Shown here: positions 47,058 through 57,391 of the stretch, one piece after another
How positions within the stretch are numbered: position 1 is the first letter of the stretch
Layout of the letters: each line of letters opens with the position of its first letter
DNA from: Bifidobacterium breve
Lineage (GTDB): Bacteria; Actinomycetota; Actinomycetes; Nanopelagicales; Nanopelagicaceae
Assembly: GCA_945860275.1 (NCBI GenBank)
Contig: CAMAPN010000002.1
Coordinates: 29,769-93,768, forward strand
Reading direction: 5' to 3'
DNA length: 64,000 bases
Position numbers and translations under genes: made by a program
The notes under the pieces: model-generated
The model's database searches: none
Told to the model about the DNA's origin: nothing
The model's input: the letters and a program-made list of their open reading frames with translations, nothing else

Positions 47058-48554
47058 CTAGAGCGAGCAGCGCAGCGGCCGAGTTGGTAACTCGCCCGTG
47101 AGAAAAAAGGTGTCCACGACGCTATCTACACAGGAGGAGCCACGGCCGTGGCCGGTATGGCCATCGCCGTCGGCGGTAATGAGATAGGCCGATGGGAACT
47201 TCGCCGTGACCTCAGTCGCCCAGCTGTAGGGGGTAGCGGGATCGCGGGTCGTGCCAATCACCACGAAATCCGGGGCGCCTTTTCCATTTAATGGAACGGG
47301 AGGGCGAACAGGTTCATAGGGCCAGTAATGGCACGGCAGCGTCGACCAGGCAATGTACGGGCCAAAATGTGGGGCGAAACTCTCGAAACGCTCCGCATCA
47401 CTGGCTAAACGTTCCGGACTTGCATCATCAGTGCGGTCCAAACAATTAACGATGTAGGCAACCTCATTTTCATTCGAAGGGTAGCGACCTTTCCCATCAC
47501 GCACCACGTAGTCATTTACTAAATCAAAAAGTCGCGCGCCATTGCCTTTGTACACATCCTTAAGCGCCTTATTTAGCGCAGGCCAGCCGGTCTCCGAATC
47601 GTAAAGAGAAGCCACCATTGCTAGCACCAGAATTGATTCTGTTGCCAGACGGTTATCTTTTCCAGGTAACGCTTCTTTTGCTACGGAATCTTGCAGCTTA
47701 GTAACTGCTGCGCGCGCTTGGTCTAACGTTCCCTTTACAAAACAATCCTGTTTGTCTACACAATCGGTAAGAAAAGCATCTAGCGCAATCTCAAAACCAA
47801 GCGCCTGCGCCTTGTTTATTTCATTAGCGCTCAAATTAGGGTCCACGATACCGTCGAGCACAAAGCGACCAACGTTTTTAGGAAACATACTTGTATAGAC
47901 AAGTCCAAGATATGTGCCGTAACTCTTGCCGAGAAAATGTAACTGCTTTTCACCAAGAACTTGGCGCATAAGATCCATATCGCGCACGACATCTACCGAA
48001 CCTAAAAACTTTAAGCGCTCCCCTAACTTCTCCATACACCTAGTAGCAAGTAGCTTTGAGGACTCTTCAAGTGTAGACATGCTCAAACCATCAACTACTG
48101 GACCATTTGCCTCAATCAATCGATCTGTCTCGCTGTTGCTCAGACAACGCTCAGCTGAGCTTCCACCGACACCGCGCGGGTCAAAACCAATTACGTCATA
48201 TGCGCTCAATATCTTTTTACTCACGATGTACTCAGCTGCGTAGGCATATGCAACGCCAGATGCGCCTGGCCCTCCGGGATTAACGAAGAGCGAACCCAAC
48301 CGCTTCTTTTTATCAGTCGCAGGGTATTTCACCAGAGATAACTGCATCCGTTCTCCGCCTGGCTTTCCATAATTAACGGGAACAGTGAGATCAGTACAAA
48401 GAAATGGCCCACCACATTCAATCCATGTCAATTGCTGATTCTGATAATCGGCAAAGCTCCAGCCATCACCGGTTTGTGCTCGGTACACAAGTGTGGTGGC
48501 GGTGGCAATCACGAAGGTCGCAAGTAGCGCAATTCTTCGCTTAGTCAGCAGCAT
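47058..48554 (-). CDS. secreted alpha/beta-hydrolase, tripeptidyl-aminopeptidase-like (S33 family)
   Basis: N-terminal TM/signal segment, oxyanion region NPGGPGASG, nucleophile elbow GKSYGT, and a C-terminal TAP-like region with DGDGHTG. The ATG directly abuts the holB stop (TAA-ATG). Confidence 0.8.
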   Translation of the reverse strand: MLLTKRRIALLATFVIATATTLVYRAQTGDGWSFADYQNQQLTWIECGGPFLCTDLTVPVNYGKPGGERMQLSLVKYPATDKKKRLGSLFVNPGGPGASGVAYAYAAEYIVSKKILSAYDVIGFDPRGVGGSSAERCLSNSETDRLIEANGPVVDGLSMSTLEESSKLLATRCMEKLGERLKFLGSVDVVRDMDLMRQVLGEKQLHFLGKSYGTYLGLVYTSMFPKNVGRFVLDGIVDPNLSANEINKAQALGFEIALDAFLTDCVDKQDCFVKGTLDQARAAVTKLQDSVAKEALPGKDNRLATESILVLAMVASLYDSETGWPALNKALKDVYKGNGARLFDLVNDYVVRDGKGRYPSNENEVAYIVNCLDRTDDASPERLASDAERFESFAPHFGPYIAWSTLPCHYWPYEPVRPPVPLNGKGAPDFVVIGTTRDPATPYSWATEVTAKFPSAYLITADGDGHTGHGRGSSCVDSVVDTFFLTGELPTRPLRCSL

Positions 48555-49715
48555 TTAAAAGCGAACCTTCAGAAAAAGCGCTTCAAGCGCAAGTAGTAGA
48601 GCAACGTTGAATTTTAAGGTGCGGCGAGTGGCCATAATCTCTTCCCAACGCTTCATAACTCCTTCAGAGTCGCTACTTGCAGCGCGTTTTTCAATTTCGC
48701 CACGTAAGTGTTCATTGATTAATTCTCGCCCGCCTGAAGCCCCCATCTGTACCGACAGCACATCACGGTAGGCAGTTGCAATATCTAAAAGAGCTCGATC
48801 GATTGAATCTCGAGTCGCACGGGTAACACGAGATTTCTGCTCTTTCTCTAAATCTTTGAGCGCTTTACTAGATCCACTTGGTGCTCCTTTGCCACTTCCA
48901 CCTGCGCCGAGCGCAGTCGCTAATTCTTCCCGCTCAATCTCATCTCGTTCGCTGGCTTCACTTGCAGCTTCAAGTCCAGCGATCTCCATCAGTCGCGCCG
49001 CACCTGCCATCGCTCCTGCAACATCGGATAACTCAAGTGCGAAGGTGATCACCTCATCGCGGCGAGCGCGTGATTTGGGTTCCTTAACCAAAAAGCGCGC
49101 CCGACCGATATGACCCTGGCTAGCGCGCGCAGCAAACTCAGCGATTTCTGTTGGCGCATGTTCTTCTCGGATTAGTAGCGCTGCTACAGCTGCTGTGCTC
49201 GGGGTAACTAATGCAATCTGTCTACAACGGGAACGAATAGTAGGGAGAACATCTTCAATAGTGGGTGAACATAGCAACCAGATTGTTCGCACTCCTGGCT
49301 CTTCGATCGCCTTAAGTAAGGCGTTAGCTGCGCTCTCAGTCAAGCGCTCTGCATCTTCGATGACAACCACTCGAAAGCGACTTGAACTTGGCTCCCACGA
49401 TGCGCGGGCGATTATTTCGCGTACCTCATCAATCTTCAGTGAGAGACCTTCGGTGCGAATTACTTCAAGGTCTGGATGCGAACCGCGCTTTGCTAGATGG
49501 CACGAGTGACAGCTGCCGCACCCCCCTGTATCGCATAACAAAGCTGCAGCAAATGCGAGCGCAACATGAGAACGACCAGAACCTGGAGGGCCAGTAAATA
49601 ACCAAGATTGAACCATCGATTGCGAACCATCGCGCGCGTGCGCAGCTACAACTGCTTTCTGAAGTATCTCAACAGCTCGCTCTTGGCCGATGATGTCGCC
49701 AAAGAGTGCCGTCAT
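48555..49715 (-). CDS. holB: DNA polymerase III subunit delta'
   Basis: Walker-A-like GPPGSGRS, a zinc module CDTGGCGSCHSC, and an SRC-like TIRSRC motif; 386 aa. There is a TAATG overlap with the upstream tmk fusion gene. Confidence 0.88.
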   Translation of the reverse strand: MTALFGDIIGQERAVEILQKAVVAAHARDGSQSMVQSWLFTGPPGSGRSHVALAFAAALLCDTGGCGSCHSCHLAKRGSHPDLEVIRTEGLSLKIDEVREIIARASWEPSSSRFRVVVIEDAERLTESAANALLKAIEEPGVRTIWLLCSPTIEDVLPTIRSRCRQIALVTPSTAAVAALLIREEHAPTEIAEFAARASQGHIGRARFLVKEPKSRARRDEVITFALELSDVAGAMAGAARLMEIAGLEAASEASERDEIEREELATALGAGGSGKGAPSGSSKALKDLEKEQKSRVTRATRDSIDRALLDIATAYRDVLSVQMGASGGRELINEHLRGEIEKRAASSDSEGVMKRWEEIMATRRTLKFNVALLLALEALFLKVRF

Positions 49716-51706
49716 TACTTCCTCCGATTGGCTAAGAGGCTCTGCACTCTCGCTAGGACCTGTTCGGCAATTCTCTCAATTGAATCGGTGGCGTCAATGA
49801 CCAGGTATCGATCTGGGGAGAATGCTGCCAATTCGAGGAAAGTGGTGCGCACCCGCTCGTGGAAGGCAAGTGGCTCGCTCTCTAATCGGTCTCGATCGGC
49901 GAAGCGTTTAAAGGCTGTCTCCGCAGGAACATCAAGGAGAACGGTAAGTGATGGGGTAAGGCTATCTGTCGCCCATCGCGAGATCCGTGCAATCTCTTGC
50001 GGCGCAAGGACTCGACCGCCGCCTTGATAAGCGATGGAAGAATCCATATATCGATCGGTGATCACGATTGCACCCTCAACTAGCGCCGGCTTCACCACGC
50101 TCTCCACGTGGTGCGCGCGATCTGCAGCATAAAGGAGCGCTTCACTTCGTGGTGCAATAGTTCCAGTCTCATTGCTCAGCAGAATCTCGCGTAGTTTTTT
50201 CCCTAATTCAGTACCACCAGGCTCGCGAGTGACAACTACGTTTTCGCCTAACTTTTCGAGCGCTTCACGTAACTTCACTACTTGCGTAGATTTCCCTGCT
50301 CCTTCGCCACCTTCGAAGGCAATGAATAAACCTGTTGCGAAGAAGGTGTTTCGCACTCCTAGTTCACCCCGAAGCGCCGCGGCGATATCGCTAAAGATGG
50401 AAACACCCTTGCGATCATCCATGTGTCGGAATGAGATGATGCCAACGATTGTCGCAATTACTCCAGCAATTAACAGCGTTACAGATGCTCCGTTATATTC
50501 CAAAACGCTTTGGCGGAACCGATAAGTGTGTTCGCCTATCGCAGCCGCGATGATTGGCGCCACTGCCAGGACAAGTACCAATGTGATTCGGATGAGCGAT
50601 TGCACAAATGCGAAGGTGCGACCACGCTTTGAATCTTCTACTTCTAAACCAAGCATGGTAAATCCAGATACCCAACCAATACCGGCAAAAAATCCCAAAA
50701 TTGTGACGATAAATATGGCAAGTACGAGGTTTGAAATCAACGCGAGAATCGCGAGCATGATTCCTGACATTGAAAGCGATGCACCAAATAATCTCTTCCG
50801 CGAGAATTGCGCGAATATTTTGGGACCAAATGCGATTCCGAGCGCTAATCCCGTGAAAACAGCGCCGAATAAGATTCCATAAGCAGCTTCACCGCCACCA
50901 AGATCGCCCACAAATGTCCGAGCAAGCCCAATTACTGCTCCCGCAGCAATGAAGGCTCCGAGCATGCCTAGGACTAGTCCGCGAATGTTCTTCGATTTCC
51001 CAACAAACTTCCAACCATCTAGGAGTGAGCGAATTATTCCTACCTGCGCTTCACCTTTTTCTGCGGGTGTATGCGGCATCTGTATTTTTGCTATGACAAG
51101 AGCGCTGTAGAGGAAGCTCACCGCATTTATGTATAACGCCATATCTACTGGATTGCTCTTAAAGAATGGAATTCCCGTTGCTAGGGCAGAATTGAAAACT
51201 GCTAAGAATGTAAAGAGCAATGCAGCGATTGGCGCTGTCCCATACCCGGCAAGCAAGCTCACCTGATTCGCACTTTCTAAATGATTGCGCGGCACAAGAT
51301 TTGGCACGGAAGCTTCTTTAGCTGGCGACCAGAAGAGTGTGATTGATTCAATGAGAATTGTTGCAATGTAGAGCCAGAGCAAACTTCCAACAATAGGAAT
51401 TGTTGCAAATATAACCCCACGCAATATGTCACAGACAATCATTGTTCGCTTACGATCAAAACGATCTGCAATCACACCTGCTAGCGGCCCGAGGAACACC
51501 GATGGCAGTAATCGGAAGATAAATACACCTGCGATGGCAAAGTTCGCCTTCGCATAGTCACCACCAGCTAATTGTTGTGCGAGCGCCGTTGTTGCAAGCA
51601 GGCCAAGCCAATCACCCAAACTTGAGAAGGCCATCGATTGCCATAGTTTTCGAAATGGCTTTATCGAAAGGACACCTCGTATATCACCCTGAAGTGTTGG
51701 CTCCAT
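49715..51706 (-). CDS. tmk: fusion protein: N-terminal MFS transporter domain + C-terminal dTMP (thymidylate) kinase
   Basis: The N-terminal ~450 aa carry about 12 TM helices (FRKLWQSMAFSSLGDWLGLLA..., EntS/MFS_3-like). The C-terminal ~210 aa are canonical Tmk (P-loop FEGGEGAGKST; TREPGGT; DRYMDSSIAYQG). ATG at 51706 or TTG at 51712. Confidence 0.88.
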   Translation of the reverse strand: MEPTLQGDIRGVLSIKPFRKLWQSMAFSSLGDWLGLLATTALAQQLAGGDYAKANFAIAGVFIFRLLPSVFLGPLAGVIADRFDRKRTMIVCDILRGVIFATIPIVGSLLWLYIATILIESITLFWSPAKEASVPNLVPRNHLESANQVSLLAGYGTAPIAALLFTFLAVFNSALATGIPFFKSNPVDMALYINAVSFLYSALVIAKIQMPHTPAEKGEAQVGIIRSLLDGWKFVGKSKNIRGLVLGMLGAFIAAGAVIGLARTFVGDLGGGEAAYGILFGAVFTGLALGIAFGPKIFAQFSRKRLFGASLSMSGIMLAILALISNLVLAIFIVTILGFFAGIGWVSGFTMLGLEVEDSKRGRTFAFVQSLIRITLVLVLAVAPIIAAAIGEHTYRFRQSVLEYNGASVTLLIAGVIATIVGIISFRHMDDRKGVSIFSDIAAALRGELGVRNTFFATGLFIAFEGGEGAGKSTQVVKLREALEKLGENVVVTREPGGTELGKKLREILLSNETGTIAPRSEALLYAADRAHHVESVVKPALVEGAIVITDRYMDSSIAYQGGGRVLAPQEIARISRWATDSLTPSLTVLLDVPAETAFKRFADRDRLESEPLAFHERVRTTFLELAAFSPDRYLVIDATDSIERIAEQVLARVQSLLANRRK

Positions 51707-51715
51707 GGCCAAAGC

Positions 51716-54295
51716 CTAGTCTTGAGTAGCGCGAGCGCGCTTTTCTGCAAGTAACTCCATACCCCGCTCCAATGTCAGTAGCTCAACGATATCGCCACGG
51801 CGCAAGGTTGCATTTGTCTCACCATCAGTGACGTATGTGCCAAATTTTCCATCTTTAACCAGGATTGATTTCCCAGTGACAGGATCTGGACCAAGATCCT
51901 TAAGCGGACCTTTTGCAACACCACGACCGCGACGCTTTGGTTGTGCGTAAAGTTCTTGAGCCTCTTCAAGCGTGCAGGTAAATATCTGATCTTCGCTCGC
52001 TAATTGACGTGAATCTTTACCCCGACGTAAATACGGACCATAGGGCCCGTTCTGTGCCGTGATTTCTTCACTGGTATTGGGATCCACGCCAACAACGCGA
52101 GGTAATCCAAAGAGCTTTAACGCCTCTTCGATAGTTACGGTATCCAAAGACATGGTAGAAAAAAGCGATGCGGTGCGAGGCTTTGGCGCTTTGCCTTTCA
52201 CTTTCGGCGTATCTTCCGGAAGTACTTCAACGATATACGGGCCGAAGCGGCCGGTCTTTGCTACCAACGGCAATCCGGACTCAGGATGTGCACCTAATTG
52301 GCGCTCACCAGAAGGTCGTGCAAATAGTTCATGTGCCTTTGCAAGGTTTAGTTCATCCGGCGCGAGATCTTCAGGAATATTCGCAATGATGCGATTCTCG
52401 CCCTCACCCTTTTGCAAATATGCACCATAACGGCCAACACGGATTTCTATGCCATCGCCCAGATTCATCGTGTTAACTTCGCGCGCATCAATAGCGCCGA
52501 GGTCATCAGTCATCTCTGCAAGACCTGGAATTCCATCATGTCCAAAGAAGAAGCGTTTTAACCATGCAACTCGGTTCTCTTCACCAAGTGCGATTTTGTC
52601 GAGGTCTTCTTCCATGCTGGCTGTAAAGTCATAATCAATCAACCGCGGAAAATGTTGTTCTAACAATCCGGTGACAGAGAATGCCAAGAACGACGGGATC
52701 AGCGCCCGGCCACGTTTAGCAACATATCCGCGATCTTGGATTGTTTGGATTGTGCTCGCAAAGGTGGAGGGTCGGCCAACGCCAAGTTCTTCTAACTTCT
52801 TTACCAGCGAAGGTTCGGTATAACGAGCTGGTGGCTTTGTTTGATGTCCCTCGCCAACGAAACGTGTTACGGCCATGACATCACCGCTCTTCATTGGTGG
52901 CAATCTCATCTCAACTTCGCCATCAAGATCTGCGCTCTTATCATCAACAATCTCTTCATACGCAGCGAGATAGCCAGGGAAGGTAACGACCGAACCATTG
53001 GCGCGAAATCCTGCAATCTTTCCATCTTTACTCTTAGTTTCTAAGTCCACGCGCATCTGCATCTTTTTGGCATCTGCCATTTGTGAAGCAATAGTTCGCT
53101 TCCAGATCAGGTCATAGAGCGAAAACTCTTCGCGAGTAAGTTCTTTCGCTAATTCACCTGGCGTCTTGTAAACATCTCCAGCCGGACGGATCGCCTCGTG
53201 TGCCTCTTGCGCGTTTTTCGTCTTTCCGGTGTACATACGCGGCGAATCGGGAAGATAGTCAGCACCATATAGAGATTTAACTGCAGTACGAGCAGATTCG
53301 ATTGCCGATGGTGCCAACGTCACCGAATCGGTACGCATATAAGTGATGTACCCATTCTCATAGAGCCGTTGTGCCACGCGCATCGTCAACTGCGCACCCC
53401 ATCCCAAACGACTTCCAGCATCCTGCTGCAATGTAGATGTCGTGAATGGCGCTTTTGGCTTCTCGCTTCGAGGTGATTCTTCCGTTGACTTTACAGTTAA
53501 TTGACAACCTTCTAGCGATTCAACAATAGCGAGGGCTTCTTGTTCTTTTAACCACATAGATGTGGATTTATCTTTTACTTTTCCGTTCGCATCAAAATCG
53601 CTCGAGGCGGCCAGTTTTGCGCCATCAAGAGTCAATAAACGTGCGTTAAAACCGAGTGCACAATGCGCGGTGATATCCCACCAGTCTGATGCAACGAAAG
53701 CCTGACGCTCGCGTTCACGCTCAACCACAAGGCGCATCGCAATAGATTGCACACGTCCAGCTGAGATTCGTGGCATGACTTTCTTCCATAAGACAGGAGA
53801 GAGTCGATATCCATACAACCGATCCAAGATGCGCCTGGTCTCTTGCGCATCGACAAGTCGTTGGTCTAATTCGCGGGTGTCATTTGCTGCCGCGAGAATT
53901 GCATCTTTCGTAATCTCATGAAAGACCATACGTCGTACAGGGACTTTTGGCTTGAGAATTTCAAGTAAATGCCAGGCAATCGCTTCGCCCTCGCGATCTT
54001 CGTCTGTCGCAAGAAAGAGTTCATCGGCATCTTTTAAAAGCGCCTTGAGTTCAGAGACTTTTTTCTTCTTGTCGGGGTTAATCACATAGAGCGGTTCAAA
54101 ATCCTTATCGACATTAACGCCCTCTTTAGCCCACTTCTCTTTTTTCACATCGGCGGGGATATCTGCAGCGCGTTGGGGCAAATCGCGAATATGGCCAAGG
54201 CTTGCCTCAACTACATAATCGCTACCTAAAAAGCTCCCAATTTTCTTTGCCTTTGCCGGGGATTCAACGATGACTAGCGTTTTCTTCTTCGCCAC
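51716..54295 (-). CDS. topA: DNA topoisomerase I
   Basis: TOPRIM domain (LVIVESPAKAKKI, DEDREGE), an active-site Tyr region (ITYMRTDS), and a Lys-rich C-terminal repeat domain without Zn fingers, as in actinobacteria. 859 aa. The GTG start has a GGGGAGG SD. Confidence 0.96.
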   Translation of the reverse strand: MAKKKTLVIVESPAKAKKIGSFLGSDYVVEASLGHIRDLPQRAADIPADVKKEKWAKEGVNVDKDFEPLYVINPDKKKKVSELKALLKDADELFLATDEDREGEAIAWHLLEILKPKVPVRRMVFHEITKDAILAAANDTRELDQRLVDAQETRRILDRLYGYRLSPVLWKKVMPRISAGRVQSIAMRLVVERERERQAFVASDWWDITAHCALGFNARLLTLDGAKLAASSDFDANGKVKDKSTSMWLKEQEALAIVESLEGCQLTVKSTEESPRSEKPKAPFTTSTLQQDAGSRLGWGAQLTMRVAQRLYENGYITYMRTDSVTLAPSAIESARTAVKSLYGADYLPDSPRMYTGKTKNAQEAHEAIRPAGDVYKTPGELAKELTREEFSLYDLIWKRTIASQMADAKKMQMRVDLETKSKDGKIAGFRANGSVVTFPGYLAAYEEIVDDKSADLDGEVEMRLPPMKSGDVMAVTRFVGEGHQTKPPARYTEPSLVKKLEELGVGRPSTFASTIQTIQDRGYVAKRGRALIPSFLAFSVTGLLEQHFPRLIDYDFTASMEEDLDKIALGEENRVAWLKRFFFGHDGIPGLAEMTDDLGAIDAREVNTMNLGDGIEIRVGRYGAYLQKGEGENRIIANIPEDLAPDELNLAKAHELFARPSGERQLGAHPESGLPLVAKTGRFGPYIVEVLPEDTPKVKGKAPKPRTASLFSTMSLDTVTIEEALKLFGLPRVVGVDPNTSEEITAQNGPYGPYLRRGKDSRQLASEDQIFTCTLEEAQELYAQPKRRGRGVAKGPLKDLGPDPVTGKSILVKDGKFGTYVTDGETNATLRRGDIVELLTLERGMELLAEKRARATQD

Positions 54296-54350
54296 GTTTA
54301 CCTCCCCGGCTCTAGCAAATTACTCAGTATCAAAGATACGAGAGCGTCAT

Positions 54351-56609
54351 TTATACGAGCGCAGTTGCCTTACGACGGCTACGCACGAGTGAGAAGATAA
54401 TCACGGCAAGGGAAAGCAACGCGATTCCAATTCGTACGGTGTCATTCTCATCAAGTGTGAGTCCGACGATTGCTGGCGTAACAAGCAGACCTACCAAGTT
54501 CATAACCTTGATAAGTGGGTTGATTGCTGGACCTGCAGTGTCTTTGAATGGATCGCCGACTGTATCGCCGATAACCGTTGCAGCGTGAGCTGGTGAGCCC
54601 TTGCCACCGTAGACGCCATCTTCAACCATCTTCTTTGCGTTGTCCCATGCGCCACCTGAGTTAGCAAGGAACACTGCCATCAAGGTTCCGGTGCCGATTG
54701 CGCCAGCAAGGTATGCACCAAGCGCGCCAACGCCAAGTCCGAATCCAACGGAGATTGGTGCAAGAACTGCAAGGAGTCCTGGAGTTGCAAGCTCACGGAG
54801 TGAGTCGCGAGTACAGATATCGACAACGCGACCGTACTCAGGCTTCTCAGTTCCGTTCATGATTCCAGGATGAAGTTTGAATTGGTTACGAACTTCCATC
54901 ACCACCGCACCAGCAGCGCGCGATACCGCGTTGACTGCAAGGCCAGAGAAGAGGAAGACCACTGCTGCGCCGATGATCAGACCGACGAGATTGCGAGGAT
55001 CGGCAACGTTGAGAATTCCGGAGAACTCAACGCCAAGATTTGCCAAGCTCTTGCCACTCTCTTCTACAGCATGCTTGATTGCATCGGTGAAGGATCCAAA
55101 GAGCGCAGTTGCAGCAAGAACAGCGGTTGCAATTGCGATTCCCTTGGTAATTGCCTTTGTCGTATTTCCGACAGCATCAAGTGAGGTGAGAATCTTTGCG
55201 CCTTCACCATGTACATCGCCGGACATTTCAGCAATGCCCTGTGCGTTGTCAGAGATAGGTCCGAAGGTATCCATCGCAACAATGACTCCGACTGTTGTTA
55301 ACAAGCCGCAACCGGCGAGCGCAACTGCAAGGAGTGAAAGTACGACGATGCCATTGCCTAGTAGATAAGCGCCAAATACACCCGCGGCGATAAGAAGCGC
55401 TGAATAGACAGCGGATTCGAAGCCAACTGAGATGCCGGCAAGAATGACTGTTGCAGCGCCAGTTTGTGACGAGGCAGCAACATCATTTACTGGACGACGA
55501 CCAACTTCGGTGAAGAAGCCAGTAAGAACTTGAATAGCAGCTGCGAGGATAATTCCAATGAGTACTGCACCGAGTGCCAGTGTTCGTGGATTACCGCTTG
55601 CGCCAGCAATCTCAGGTGGGACGTTTGCGAATTGTGAGAAGCTGCTTGGCAAATAGATAAACGTTGCAAACGCTACGAGAATCGCGCTGACAATTGCTGA
55701 CATAAAGAATGAACGGTTAATTGCGCTCATTGCGTTCTTGTCTGTTGGGCGAAGGCGAGTAAGGAAGATTCCAAGTACTGCAGTGAGAACGCCAATTGCA
55801 GGAACAATAAGCGGGAATATTAATCCGCTATCACCAAATCCAGCGCGACCAAGAATGAGCGCCGCAACAAGAGTTACCGCGTATGACTCGAAGAGATCTG
55901 CTGCCATACCGGCGCAGTCACCAACGTTGTCACCAACGTTGTCCGCGATTGTTGCTGCGTTACGAGGATCATCTTCTGGAATTCCTTGTTCGACTTTACC
56001 TACAAGGTCTGCTCCGACATCGGCAGCCTTAGTGAAAATACCGCCACCAACGCGCATGAACATCGCGAGCATCGCAGCGCCAAAACCAAATCCTTCAAGA
56101 ACTGATGGTGCATCTGCTTTGTAGAGAACAACGACAAGGGCTGCTCCTGCAAGACCAAGACCAACAGTCAACATACCTACGACGCCGCCAGTGCGGAATG
56201 CAATCTGCACCGATCGCTCTGCGCTTCCGTCGCGTGCTGCTTCAGCCACACGTACGTTCGCGCGAACTGCAAGCCACATTCCTTGGTAACCAACGAATGC
56301 AGAGAACCCTGCACCAACGAGGAAGAAGATTGAACGTCCGATTCGAACATCACCATCGCCGGGAAGAGCGAGCAGTAGGAAGAAGACGATTCCTACGAAA
56401 ATGGAAAGTGTGCGAAATTGTCGTGTGAGATATGCAGCAGCGCCCTCTTGGACTGCAGCTGCGATCTCCTTCATCTTTTCGGTTCCTTCGCTTGCAGCAA
56501 GAACCCGAGCGCGCAGCCCAAAGGCAACGGCTAGGGCAGCAATTGCGATAGCAAGAACTGCATAAGCGAGGGTCAGGTTTGAGCCGGCCACCTGAACAGT
56601 GGAAGTCAT
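54351..56609 (-). CDS. hppA: K+-insensitive H+-translocating membrane pyrophosphatase
   Basis: About 16 TM helices with DNVGDNVGDCAGMAADLFESY and GDTVGDPFKDT motifs. The GNTTKA signature (Lys) indicates the K+-independent type. An AAGGAG SD is present. Confidence 0.95.
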   Translation of the reverse strand: MTSTVQVAGSNLTLAYAVLAIAIAALAVAFGLRARVLAASEGTEKMKEIAAAVQEGAAAYLTRQFRTLSIFVGIVFFLLLALPGDGDVRIGRSIFFLVGAGFSAFVGYQGMWLAVRANVRVAEAARDGSAERSVQIAFRTGGVVGMLTVGLGLAGAALVVVLYKADAPSVLEGFGFGAAMLAMFMRVGGGIFTKAADVGADLVGKVEQGIPEDDPRNAATIADNVGDNVGDCAGMAADLFESYAVTLVAALILGRAGFGDSGLIFPLIVPAIGVLTAVLGIFLTRLRPTDKNAMSAINRSFFMSAIVSAILVAFATFIYLPSSFSQFANVPPEIAGASGNPRTLALGAVLIGIILAAAIQVLTGFFTEVGRRPVNDVAASSQTGAATVILAGISVGFESAVYSALLIAAGVFGAYLLGNGIVVLSLLAVALAGCGLLTTVGVIVAMDTFGPISDNAQGIAEMSGDVHGEGAKILTSLDAVGNTTKAITKGIAIATAVLAATALFGSFTDAIKHAVEESGKSLANLGVEFSGILNVADPRNLVGLIIGAAVVFLFSGLAVNAVSRAAGAVVMEVRNQFKLHPGIMNGTEKPEYGRVVDICTRDSLRELATPGLLAVLAPISVGFGLGVGALGAYLAGAIGTGTLMAVFLANSGGAWDNAKKMVEDGVYGGKGSPAHAATVIGDTVGDPFKDTAGPAINPLIKVMNLVGLLVTPAIVGLTLDENDTVRIGIALLSLAVIIFSLVRSRRKATALV

Positions 56610-56745
56610 AGATACTCCTTATTTACTCCATGGCGATGACCGGTAGCGGCCATCTATGGGGTGCGGACAGAAACGTTTCTAGAAAGAGTGTAAGGCGAGA
56701 AGCGGGTGAGATTGGAATCGCCTTCGCCATGAACGCACCAATGGG

Positions 56746-57075
56746 CTACCAAACCCCCGCCTGCTGGGCGCGCCACCCCACTCGTACCGTCCAATCAGCG
56801 GGGCCCCAGGATGGACGCAGAGCTATCTCGTCCCCGCCAAATTCGCAGGGAATAGCGAAAATAGCCTGGGCAATCTGGCAGGCCAGGGCGCCAGCGCCCC
56901 CAGCCCGTTCCATCGCAGCCAGCCCGACCGCCTCAATTTTTCGTATCTCGGCGCGCCGCGCCCCGATCTGCCCGATTTCGATCGCTACTAGAGCGCTCAC
57001 ACCTATTAATAGGAAGGCAAAGCAGAGCGTGAAAAGGGCCGCGCTTCCTGCCTCGCTAGCGGGTGGACGACTCAC
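56746..57075 (-). CDS. TadE-like pseudopilin family protein ('helicase/secretion neighbourhood' type)
   Basis: 109 aa. An N-terminal hydrophobic helix (ALFTLCFAFLLIGVSALVAI) is followed by an Ala-rich region with two Cys. It is the last gene of the Tad-like operon and has a GTGA overlap with the upstream gene. Confidence 0.6.
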   Translation of the reverse strand: MSRPPASEAGSAALFTLCFAFLLIGVSALVAIEIGQIGARRAEIRKIEAVGLAAMERAGGAGALACQIAQAIFAIPCEFGGDEIALRPSWGPADWTVRVGWRAQQAGVW

Positions 57076-57386
57076 TGCAAGCCTGTAGCGCTCGCGCTCG
57101 CCGCGCGATGGCGAACGGTGACTTGGAAAGTACCATCAGATTCATGGCGGATCACCGAGTACCGCGCGCCGGGAAGAGTTCGAGTTACTTCGCGCGCAAT
57201 ATCGCTATGGCTCTCATCGCGCATAACTGCCTGTACTACACCTTCTGCAATGTAGCGAAGTCGTTCTCTTTGAATCGTTTCTCCTAAGAAATTCACGCCT
57301 AACAACAACATGGTGATGACGATCGGAAGCGCCACTACTAGTTCAGCAGTAGCGCTTCCGCGTTCATTGTGATGAGAATTTTGCAC
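57072..57386 (-). CDS. TadE-family pilus assembly protein
   Basis: The N-terminal motif ERGSATAELVVALPIVITMLLL matches TadE/TadG-type pseudopilins; 104 aa. Confidence 0.7.
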   Translation of the reverse strand: MQNSHHNERGSATAELVVALPIVITMLLLGVNFLGETIQRERLRYIAEGVVQAVMRDESHSDIAREVTRTLPGARYSVIRHESDGTFQVTVRHRAASASATGLQ

Positions 57387-57391
57387 GAGAA

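Noticed and set aside
55918-55941. Perfect 12-nt tandem repeat TCACCAACGTTG x2 inside hppA
   Set aside because: On the coding strand it encodes the universally conserved H+-PPase motif DNVGDNVGD. It is a protein-level repeat, not a DNA element.
1089-56124. Long ORFs antisense to recognised genes (e.g. 1089-1400, 4764-5060, 23198-23590, 24272-24703, 30366-30839, 31926-32270, 45351-45812, 54877-55368, 55738-56124, 56630-57088)
   Set aside because: Each lies fully inside, and opposite to, a gene with strong family motifs. Their translations are low-complexity (Ser/Arg/Ala/Pro-rich) with no recognisable motifs and no SD. They are treated as shadow ORFs.
56669-56680. 12-bp perfect palindrome AGAAACGTTTCT in the hppA upstream gap
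   Set aside because: A 6+6 palindrome is expected many times by chance in 64 kb (about 1 per 4 kb). No second copy or flanking motif was seen.
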